Source: Eledone cirrhosa (taxonomy: Eukaryota). Taken from it: DNA of 64,000 nucleotides. How positions within the stretch are numbered: position 1 is the first letter of the stretch; each line of letters starts with the position of its first letter. Below the pieces are notes generated by a model. That model saw only the letters and a list, made by a program, of their open reading frames with translations. It did no database searches and was not told the DNA's origin. Below, piece by piece: positions 53,707-64,000 of the stretch. The position numbers were made by a program, and so were the translations under genes. Where the stretch lies: the NCBI GenBank assembly GCA_964016885.1, contig OZ024740.1, positions 402,008,001-402,072,000 of the forward strand, in the 5' to 3' direction.

Positions 53707-53783
53707 CTTTCTGAAGAGCCGATCTTTCCATTGGAAGTTCTTTGGATTCCCAATATTTTGTGAGGCGAAACCATCGGTAAAAG
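53707..53783 (+). ncRNA. Hammerhead ribozyme with a 49-nt stem-II domain
   Basis: cttt-CTGAAGA-GCC[...]GGC-GAAACC ATC GGTA-aaag. Confidence 0.7.
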
Positions 53784-53938
53784 CAATTTGGATAGGTGAA
53801 TATTTAAATCGTATTTTAATTTATTTTAAAAGAATGTTTAAAGATTTACTTGTTCAGCTCATCTCAATTATATATATATATATATATATACAACTAGAAG
53901 CACACAGACACAGACACACACACACATGCGTGCGCGCG

Positions 53939-54023
<85 letters not shown>

Positions 54024-54126
54024 GTATATATATATTAAATGTTAAACTAATTTATTTCTTTATTACACTGTTTGCTATTTTGTTTTCGTTTACTTGTGCA
54101 TACACACACACAAACACATACACACG

Positions 54127-54191
<65 letters not shown>

Positions 54192-54709
54192 TGAAGAATT
54201 ATTGTAAATATACATTGGAAAGAGAGATTGTAAATATACATTGGAAAGAGAGATGCAAATTTTGTAGAGTGGGTGGCGAGCGATGAGCTACTGTTGGTGG
54301 CCGAATATATAAACTTTGACGGAAAGAAACCATGTTAACATTTTTGGCGAGTCTATTAACGTGACTCACAAGCCGCACCAACAGATAAAAAGTGTATCTT
54401 TATTTATTGTCTTGCCGTGTTTTATATGAAGCTAATCCTAAGCAGCAGACAACTGTTTGAACGTGCCTTCAGCAGAGAACCTCTGATATTAGGTACTAAG
54501 GGGGCGTCACTATTGACCGTGTGAGAGAATATTATATATCTATATATACATATAGATTTAGACACACGTATGTGTATACATGTAATGTTGATATATATAT
54601 ATATATATATATATCAAATTACATGTATATACATACGTGTGTCTAAATATATATGTATATATAATATCCTCTCACACGGTAAATACCGACAACCTCTTAG
54701 TACTAACCG

Positions 54710-54804
<95 letters not shown>

Positions 54805-55177
54805 GAGAGAGAGAGTGAATGTGGTTGAGATAGAGAGGCACGCAGAAGATTGAATATAAATGTTAAATATTTTTAGAATGAAACAGAAAGGCAATAAAAC
54901 AAATTTTTACCAATGTAAAAATACAAAGGACAATGTATAAAAACAAAATATTTAACTTGAACTACACAACCACTTCATAAGCATGTATAATATTCCGTCT
55001 ATTATGTTGAACATATTTTTGTCTCGTTTCTTTTTGTGCAGTTAAGCATGTACTTTCGCTTGTTTTTATGTATGTATTACATGTACTTATGCATTATGTA
55101 GGTATACTTGCATAATCATATACATATATGCGACTATACTATTAATTGTATATACACATACTTACATATTAAGGAAC

Positions 55178-55382
55178 GATCGACTTTCGTCAAATTGGAC
55201 CGAGGGAACAATGTTTCCGTTGGTCTTTCCAATTGCTAATACTATCTATCGGTCGCAACTCCAGATAGAAGGAGCAACGTGAAATAAAGTGTCTTGCTCA
55301 AGGACATAACGCATCGCCTGGTCCAGGAATCGAACTCACAACCTTACGATTGCGAATCCAATTCTCTAACCACTCAGCCACG

Positions 55383-55383
<1 letters not shown>
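55178..55383 (-). mobile_element. tRNA-derived SINE (same family as 8965)
   Basis: GTGGCTGAGTGGTTAGAG...GAGTTCGATTCC...GTCCTTGAGCAAGACACTT. Confidence 0.8.
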
Positions 55384-55418
<35 letters not shown>

Positions 55419-56172
55419 ATTTTGTATATATATATATATATACTAATGCATAACCCTACAAAATCACACAGACACACACACACATATATATATATATTAT
55501 ACATACATACATACATACATACATACATACATACTAGACATACATACATACATACATACATACATACATACATACATACATACATACATACATACATACA
55601 TACATACATACATACATGGACGAATGTTTTTGAATGGTTATCCCAAGCTGTGTTCCTTGACTTGTTCTAAAAGTGTTCTGTTCTATATAAGCTAGGCATT
55701 CAGTGGTTTACTTGTCGTCGCCAGTCAAGCTGGAACTATCTCTGCTGATCTAAGGATTAGGGAAACTAGGTTTAGTTTGTGATGTAGAAATAGGGATTAG
55801 CATTTTATAATTTCAGCTACATAAGAAATAGAAGTAAGCTTTAGTGGCAGAAATACATTCATTATTATGATCATCGAAAAATAAATGTTTTGCAAACATA
55901 CGAAATCTCTCATACTCCAAATACATTTTCATCTGCTTGGGTGGTCTCACTGTCTATCTTTCCTTCTCTCTCCCTCTCTCTCTCTTTTCCGACACACACA
56001 CGCACGCACATATATATACACATATATATATATATATGTGTGTGTGTGTGTTGGCGGGTGGGTGGGTTTATGTATATATAAGAGATGTCAACATGAATGG
56101 ACATGTTATTTTTATCTAAAGACATTTCTTTCCAATTCCACCCCACCCATCCCTCCAATCTATCTTATTCTT

Positions 56173-56208
56173 TCTTCTGATGAAAGACTAGTGTCCGAAA
56201 CGTTAAGA
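56173..56208 (+). ncRNA. Minimal hammerhead ribozyme
   Basis: tctt-CTGATGA-AAGAC tagt GTCC-GAAACGTT-aaga; loopless palindrome AACGTT. Confidence 0.7.
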
Positions 56209-56258
56209 CCCGCTTCCTGCCATATAATGTACCGATTGTGTTGTTATTTCTGTTTACC

Positions 56259-56293
<35 letters not shown>

Positions 56294-56938
56294 TATATAT
56301 ATATATATATATTCATCTATTTATAACAAAGAGAGCGTGGTAACATACCAGGTGGACCATAATGCACCAGAGTACTCAATACTTAGCTGTCGAAACGGCC
56401 GGAGTTCAGTCGTCACGGTCCTGACTCTTTTCCTCAAATTAGAATTCATCACCTAAGCGGGAGTTACCTCCCTTGGAGTAAACCACGTGTCTGTGGCGAC
56501 ATTTAAAGCTACAACATACCCGCTCAGGCTGAGAACGAAAGACTTGCTGAAGAAGTAAATCCTATGTTCTGTCGTTAAAAACCATTATATTGCAGACTTC
56601 TGCAATAGGAATTTGTCGATCTTGGATTTGCAGACACTTAGCGCTGATGTTGGATGCTATATGTGATGTATATTGTTGATATACGATATAAGTTATATAT
56701 TTTGCACTCAACTTCACCGCTATGTCCGGGTCAGTATAACATCTTTTCCTGGGTCCTGTATTTTCGTTGCTCTAGTGATGCGGCTGGACTGCCGACCGCT
56801 ATATCTGATTTGCTAAGCTGTCTGAACGTAATGTTATTACTCTGGCGTCTTTTCTCATCTGAGTGCTCAAGCTACAGACCGATTATGCATATACGCTAGC
56901 TTGGCCGTATTCTAAAGCTTCGTCAATGCTGTACTAAA

Positions 56939-56978
<40 letters not shown>

Positions 56979-57008
56979 GTAGTTACACAACAGGTTAGTT
57001 CACCATAC

Positions 57009-57046
57009 CGAGAACAATTGTTTCACCTTAGCGGATCTTCAGCTCG
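57009..57046 (-). ncRNA. Minimal hammerhead ribozyme
   Basis: cgag-CTGAAGA-TCC gctaa GGT-GAAAC AATT GTT-ctcg. Confidence 0.75.
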
Positions 57047-57112
57047 TAATGGACATGGTTATACGGAACAGGAAGGACAACCGTACGAACGCGCATGCGC
57101 AGAAACCGCTCA

Positions 57113-57151
<39 letters not shown>

Positions 57152-57165
57152 AATCGTAACGTTAT

Positions 57166-57359
57166 TAATAATTGTTTCTACTTTTGGCACAAGGCCATCA
57201 ATTATCCCAGTGCATTACTGGTACTTTATTTTATCGACCCCGTAAGGATGAAAGACAAAGTTAACCTCGGTGGGATTTGAACTCAGAATGGCAAGGGCCG
57301 TAACTCTATGCGTCAAAGCATGGCGTCCGACCCTCTACCGATACTGCTAATCCACCGCC
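57166..57359 (-). mobile_element. tRNA-derived SINE, octopus-type
   Basis: GGCGGTGGATTAGCAGTATCGGTAG...GAGTTCAAATCCCACCGAGG...GGGTCGATAAAATAAAGTACCAG. Confidence 0.8.
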
Positions 57360-58554
57360 CTTAATAATATGAATGTGTGCATATTGTGAGTATATGTATG
57401 TATAAAATTAAACGTCAAAATAATCAATGTGGTGAAGGAGAGAAGAATCAGTTCCCAAAACCATCACTTTTCCAATAAATCTCAAGAATGGCTGAAAAGT
57501 AACATTGGAATTTGTTAGATCAGTTTAAAGATTGATTTGAGTGGGCTCACACATCCTTGATTTAAGCCCCCGCCCAACGCCAACCCCACCCTATTTCTTT
57601 CTTTGGGCCTCTCTGAAAGAAAGGGTTTATATTTTTTAAAAATCTGGATCATCACTGACATAAAAGAAAGTCCAATGGATGTGATCAGAGCCATCCCTAG
57701 GTCTGTTTTATTAAACGTTATACTAAACGTGACGATGCGTCTCAGACATTTTGCATGGATTTAAATAGAGATCACTTGTTACATGAGCTGTAACTCTGGA
57801 CAAATATATTAAAAGATAGAGGACTTTTGATACCATATTATTGATCATTTGAACTAAATATATTCGGTGTTTCATTTTGTTTTGTCAAACAATGAATAAT
57901 GTAGACAAAAATAAATATCGGGCCAAATTCTTTTAGATTTTGTACAGATAATAGTAGTGTCACTTGGGTTTTGATGAGACAAAAATAATCGTTGAATTTC
58001 ATGCATATGACACAATCTTTTCAGTTTTCTCTGCACGAAAGAATATTTGAGATGTTTCATACATCGCAGTTTATTCTTTTCACAGCTAAACCTATAGATT
58101 AGAGTGATACATTGGTGTTTGTTAAACTCAGAGCCGCTGATGAATCGCAGGTGTGATGCTCTCTGCCTAGTTCCTAGGATAGGATTATGGGGCAAGGGGA
58201 TGGAGTGAGGAAGTGGGAGAGAGATTGAATGTAAAATTGGGATCAACGTATATGATAAGGATAGATTGTGCCTCATTATGATAATTAGCAATATTAATGA
58301 ATTTGCCTTATTTGAAGTAAATTTAATGTAGTACCCAGAATATTAAGTGTACTAAGCTTATTATGAAATATAAATATAAGTCTATCACTCTGATAAAATC
58401 TGTACGAGAGGTCTTTTAAAAATGTCTTTCCCGTGACCGTTCATATTGCCATAGTTTAAAAGACCACTGTCCAATTTCTTATATAGAAGTCGAAAATATA
58501 TATCCAATTAGTTTCACATAATTCAGAATAATAATGTGATTTTGATGAGATATC

Positions 58555-58752
58555 AGCGAATTGGATTAGCAGTATCGGTAGACGGTCGGGCGTCATGCTT
58601 TGCAGCATAGAGTTACGGCCCATTACGGTATGAGTTCAAATCCCGCCTAGGTTAATTTTGCCTTTCATCCTTACTACGGGGTCGATAAAATAAAGCACCA
58701 GCAATGCACTGGGGTAATTGCTGGCCTTGTGCCAAAAGTAGAAACAATTATT
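58555..58752 (+). mobile_element. tRNA-derived SINE, octopus-type
   Basis: GGATTAGCAGTATCGGTAG...GAGTTCAAATCCCGCC...GGGGTCGATAAAATAAAGCACCAG. Confidence 0.8.
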
Positions 58753-59864
58753 TATGTGTGAATTGCCAAAATGCAAAATGGATTGTATTATTAGATTGAC
58801 TAACTGGCATAGTATTTATGGCTAAAGTTCAGCTGTTGGGTAAAGGGATTTATCTACAGAAAGATGAGACGTCTATGATACAAATACTTCCTCCTTGTTC
58901 CGTATCCACCAACGTCCATTCAAAGTGTTGATCCTTTTCGACTAGGTAGGACAAGATTAACCCTAATTTAGTAAAACTATGACTAATAGCATTCCACTTG
59001 TGACAAGCTAAGAATATTTTTTCTTAGCATTAGCTAAACAGAATATGTTTGCAAATGTATAGTTAGTCTGAAGCTAAAAGATATCAGACTTGTTAGATAA
59101 CTTGATACTTCAGCTGTTGGATAGACTTTGCAACTTATTAGGAAGGTTAAATATATTTTGTTATATATAATTATTAACCTTATCATTCAAAAGTATACAA
59201 ATACCAAGCAAAAGAGCATTACATTAGAGGAACTAACTATACAAGTTTATTTCAATGCAATAATTTACCTGTAATCAGCAGATATATATTTCATCGTGTC
59301 TATTAATGTTAATGATACGAAAACATATATAAAGCAGAGTAAAGAAATATCGGTTTCTGAAAATGAAATTGCAAAATAGAAACTGAGAAGAAAGAAACTG
59401 TTGTAAAGGAAAAGTTCCCATGACCGTATGCTAGATGACAACATCACGATGTAATCTACATAGATAATGTTTTCTGTATTTCCAACATATTCAAACAGAA
59501 TACTTGTAGCACATAGCAACATAAACAAATTATATTATGATACACAGATGTGAGTCATCTGAACTAAATAAAATTGGCAGTTATTCATATAACCCATGAT
59601 AAAATCTGATGAGTTACATCAACAGCTTTTCACACTTAAAAACCACTTATAGAAATAAATAAAACTTTGTTAAAGCTGCCACAAAAGTCCATGGCTAGAA
59701 ACATACCAAAGGTTTTATAAAACGGTAGTACAAGTCAATTGGTTTGCCCTCGATATCACAGAAAAGCCTTACCGATGGTAGAAGTGGAAATAATGCTTTA
59801 AGAAGCAGGTGGATATATCATGAATAAAACGTGTAAATGCATATTGAATCTCTTTCGTTCTCCC

Positions 59865-59935
<71 letters not shown>

Positions 59936-59938
59936 CAT

Positions 59939-59987
<49 letters not shown>

Positions 59988-60658
59988 CAGTATATATGTG
60001 TGTGTGTGTAAAAATACGGAGGGGACCAGTTTAAAACTAGTTAGGCCATTACTTAACAGAGTACTTAATACTTGGGGTCTCGAGTGTTGGGACCCGATGA
60101 CTGAGCTGTAGCCGCTTTAACAGCTAGTGCGCGCGCGCGCGCGCGTGTGTGTGTGTTTGCGCGCGTGTGTGTTTGTGTGACAGTTCACCCTCCAGCGCTA
60201 TGGGTCAAATGTAACCCAGTACAACTTGTCACTTGGTCAGGAACAGCACAAAGCTCTCATGGTGAGGAAGGTGATTTTTGGACACTGCGAGTCGAAAAGC
60301 CATGAAAGAGTCGAAAACTCCGAAGAGTCAACAGCCATCAAATAAGTACAAACATGGGGGGTACGGTGCTAGACAGGGTAAGTTAGCCTTGGTTGTCAGA
60401 CTTTCTAAGAAAAGGATCATACTGAATTCTAAACGGTGGTGGATGGGAATCCCTAGTCAAGTTGTTGACAACTTGACCAACAACAGTTTCCTCATTGTCA
60501 CGAGGTGAATAAGAGGTGGCATAGTAGCCAGATTCTGAGTAGTGGTCAGATGAGGATTCGGAACCCACTAACATCATATAGATGGGCGTTGGTGCAATTG
60601 TCCATAGTCCCCGACATTTACAAATAGGAAGAGGCAGTTACAAACCACACACACGCGT

Positions 60659-60714
<56 letters not shown>

Positions 60715-60717
<3 letters not shown>

Positions 60718-61005
60718 ATATAAAAGGTTTATTATCAAGCCTCCTATTATTTTATAATAATTAACTCCGTACTCGCACCACCAACAACAGCACAAACAAC
60801 GGGGGAGTTGCATTACGGGGGAGTTGCATTACGTCTAGTGTTCTCCCTAATATTACATCAAGGTTGACTATACGGAATGACCAGTATTATCCAGTGGATA
60901 TCACAATGCAACTCACCCGTCTTCGTTTGTGTTGTTGTTGGTGGTGCGATTACGGAGTTAATTATTATAAAATAACAGGAGGCTGGATAATAAACCTTTT
61001 ATTAT
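60715..61005. repeat. Inverted repeat with about 100-bp imperfect arms
   Basis: AAAAGGTTTATTATC...GGAGTTGCATT / AATGCAACTC...GATAATAAACCTTTT. Confidence 0.8.
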
Positions 61006-61074
61006 ATATATATATATATATATATTATTCAAAATATTAACAAATGAAAGATATTCACATAATCAAAATATATG

Positions 61075-61137
61075 CTTTATTATATATATTTCAAAGGTAC
61101 TGTGTTTTTTTTTTCAGTACGTCTTCATCAGATAAAA
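61075..61137 (-). ncRNA. Minimal hammerhead ribozyme within inverted repeat 61022-61258
   Basis: ttttat-CTGATGA-AGAC GTACTG..CAGTAC CTTT-GAAATATATAT-A-ataaag. Confidence 0.65.
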
Positions 61138-61347
61138 TATATGATTTGATATATGACATACAGCTACGGTCTTGATTGTTCAATTCCAATACCTTTGAAA
61201 TATATATAATTTTGATTATATGAATATCTTTCATTTGTTAATATTTTGAATAATATTAAAAACTCCAGGAAAACTCTTTGTTGACTGCTTTTAATCTATT
61301 ATAAAATTGTATTCATTGAGTAATCAACGAACCATATTAATCTTTGG

Positions 61348-61423
<76 letters not shown>

Positions 61424-61613
61424 ATATATATATATAATAAATGAAAAGAAAAGTTATCGCTCTACATGGCTGAATACAATAAATGTAATCTGAGTTTTTC
61501 GAATGCTAATAATAACATTCGATTCGTTTGCAATTATGCAAACAGCCTCTATTTTAAAGCCATGTCAGTAGAATGAGCCCCTCATTCTTGCTCTTGTTTT
61601 GGCATGTAAACAG

Positions 61614-61661
61614 AACTGCAGACACTAATGCTTCTGGGTATCAACCTTCATCAGTGTAGTT
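61614..61661 (-). ncRNA. Degenerate hammerhead ribozyme (GAAG in place of GAAA)
   Basis: aactaca-CTGATGA-AGG ttgata CCCA-GAAGCA TTAG TGTC-tgcagtt. Confidence 0.5.
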
Positions 61662-61764
61662 GACTGTTGACCTGACAACTGTCAGAGCGAGTGAAAATAT
61701 ATCATATTTTCTAAAATACAGTGACTGATATTATTATTAATATTCGAAAAACTCAAATTACATT

Positions 61765-61814
<50 letters not shown>

Positions 61815-62189
61815 ATGTGTGCGTGTTTCTAAGGAAGATCGTAAGATAAATTTAGGATATCGAGTCTAGAAATAGTGGTGACATAACCACTACCTCTTCG
61901 TCAATATACTATTTAAGAACCATTGTCTTATTTTCATTGCTCAATACATAGGCACAATTATATATATATATATGTATATATGTATATATATATCCCTCGC
62001 CCTCCATAAATATTATCACACATACATATGTCTGTATGGTTCTAATTAAATGACTCTGAGTGTCCATTTGCTTGGAAATATATGTATTTCGATTTCACTA
62101 TCTCTCTATCTGTCTATCTATCTATCTATCTATCCCTGGTGGCAAATAAAAAGAAAATTATCTATATATCTATCTATCTATCTATCTAT

Positions 62190-62670
62190 GTTGTATGGTG
62201 GACGCGTCTGAAAGGACTGAGGTCAGGCACCTTTCTCTCTGGCCAACAACTGGTCCGTTTCTTCCGATATCATTTCGGAAGAAGGATCAGGATGGAGAGA
62301 GAGGTGCTCCTCCCCAGTCGTTTTTATGAAAGCTGGGTGAAAGTGGAGAGAATGGCCCGTGTGAATGAGCCTTCTCTTTACATAAGCCTGTAGGTGGAAA
62401 AGAGGAAGGAACGAGGGAGCACCCCCTCTCTGTGCTCCTGAGGAGAAGGGTTGCACACTTTTTTCGGATTTTTCGGATTTTTCGGATTTTTCGGATTTTT
62501 CGGATTTTTCCTCTATTGAGGATTTTGTTATAAATTTGATTTTTTGTTATATTTTATTTTATTTTTATATTTTGTTCTTGCCTCCTCCATATTGAGGACG
62601 CCTTGTTTTGTAAACTCCCCCCATTGTACTTGTCCCACTTTTGATGCCCTGGTGGCAAATAAAAGAAACA
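62190..62670 (+). mobile_element. L1/Tx1-like LINE 3' end in a (TATC)n tract
   Basis: VVWWTRLKGL..FFRYHF..IRMEREVL..ESWVKV resembles an ORF2 C-terminus (stop 62393). UTR contains (TTTTTCGGA)5 and ends CCCTGGTGGCAAATAAAAGAAA before (TATC)n. Confidence 0.6.
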
Positions 62671-63132
62671 TATCTAACTATCTATCTATCTATCAATCTA
62701 ACTGTCGTCTGTTCTACAGCGTAGATGTAATTCACTTCGCGCAGAAGTTTTGTTCAAATTTATTGCGGAAATTTTGTAAGTTCAATTTTAATGTTGATAC
62801 TATTGTGTAGCTTGACCCCCCGTCTGAACTGTCCGGCGGTGGGTCAGCTCATCTTCGCCCCTCCCAGGGGTGAAAAACCTCTTTTTAAAAATTTTATGGC
62901 ATAAAAATTTCAATCGTCTGACAGAAATGTTAAACGAAGCTAACGAAAATAGTAGTAGGGGGACAGCGGTAAGAGTTGTAAGCTCGCACGCTTTAGTCCC
63001 CCCCCTTCCTTCCCAACTAACGTCATAGAGAAGGAAAGAAAAAATAAAAGAAAAACAGACGAATGTGCGGAGAAAAATGACGAAAACACGAATCTGGACA
63101 TTGATTCCAACAACAAAAATAAATTTGAAAAA

Positions 63133-64000
63133 TTGCATGACAATATTAATACCACAAACAAAGACACAACAAACACAAAAATAACATTTGAAAACAACAT
63201 CATAACAGAAACCAAAGCAGACGACAAAGTCAACACCAATAATATTTCATTTGCACAAACAACAAAGAATTCTTTGACATATATACCGGAAAATATTTCA
63301 GATGTGGCACAAAGAATTATAAACGCCAAACAATACATAACTCAAGGGGAAAATGGTATTTTATCGGTAAAAATGCCTCAAGAACTCACCAAAGATATTG
63401 AAAGTCGGACGGTCGTTTTCCGCACCATCAACAACATTTCTAAAAAACCTCAACAGCCAACACAAACAGAAATCAAAGCAGAACTTACAGAAGTACTTAA
63501 TGAAACCACTTTCATAAGAAGAGACAGACTGTATGGAAGCCTAGCGATTATTATGAAGAACGAATCGGCGGCAAAAAAATGTGCTTTGTCGCCGATTCGT
63601 TCGACAAATTTTACCTTTTATCTATCTTATATGGGTAAAATAACTCAGCGCATATGGCTGGATGCAATGATGCCAGATGTGGACTACTGCTGGCTCATAG
63701 CTGGCTTCATCGATCCAGCGAATGACAACGTGATTTCCATTGGGAAAACCACAGGCAATGCGTTCAGTGGAACAGGTATAGAACTTGTAGTGCAAATGAA
63801 GCCTGAACGCATCGCCCAAATACTCGACAGAATCCTATTAGAGGGCCACGGGTATATAAACATTAGCGTGGAGGGGAGAAGGCCGTCCTCTCATATCTGT
63901 GCAGCAGAGGGCACCTGAAGGCGGCTTGTCCCCAACTCAACAAGAAGAAAACCCTGTTACCAACACCAGCTCCACCACCACCACAACAGATAAACAAACA
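63133..64000 (+). pseudogene. Probable L1/Tx1-type ORF1 (gag-like) with frameshifted, degenerate zinc knuckle
   Basis: 261-aa ORF ends VEGRRPSSHICAAEG. Restoring one G at about 63910 continues HLKAACPQ (x-x2-C-x4-H-x4-C), followed by a Pro/Thr-rich tail. Confidence 0.55.

Noticed and set aside
57166-58752. Inverted SINE pair as terminal repeats of a composite element
   Set aside because: The copies are diverged and the family is abundant; independent insertions explain it.
58137-59630. Isolated CTGATGA at 58137 and 59606 with small hairpins (possible HHR or C/D boxes)
   Set aside because: No downstream GAAA-NUH and no snoRNA terminal stem.

Overview
Gene-free, very AT-rich animal DNA. The SINE and LINE families look cephalopod/octopus-like (inference from sequence recognition, not a search). 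The window is a mosaic of long G/C-interrupted (TA)n tracts separating retroelement pieces: decayed Penelope-like elements (PLEs with RT and GIY-YIG endonuclease; Neptune-, Nematis- and Penelope/Poseidon-like), CR1/L2, RTE and L1/Tx1 LINE fragments, tRNA-derived SINEs and one tRNA-Ala(AGC). Nearly all long ORFs in the track are translated microsatellites. The main hidden signal is RNA-level: I can read about 41 type I hammerhead ribozyme (HHR) motifs from roughly 16 sequence families. Eighteen lie in a near-perfect 18 x 310-bp tandem array (21581-27160) whose unit is highly self-complementary and resembles a non-LTR retrozyme/circular-RNA template. A second 593-bp HHR-bearing repeat (35563-37176) uses a U3-A8 core variant. 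Other HHRs show a conserved CCGA core, covarying palindromic stem-III loops (dimer signature), non-canonical stem-II closing pairs and large stem-II insertions. Many element ends form fold-back inverted repeats. Activity and novelty of all ribozymes are untested here.
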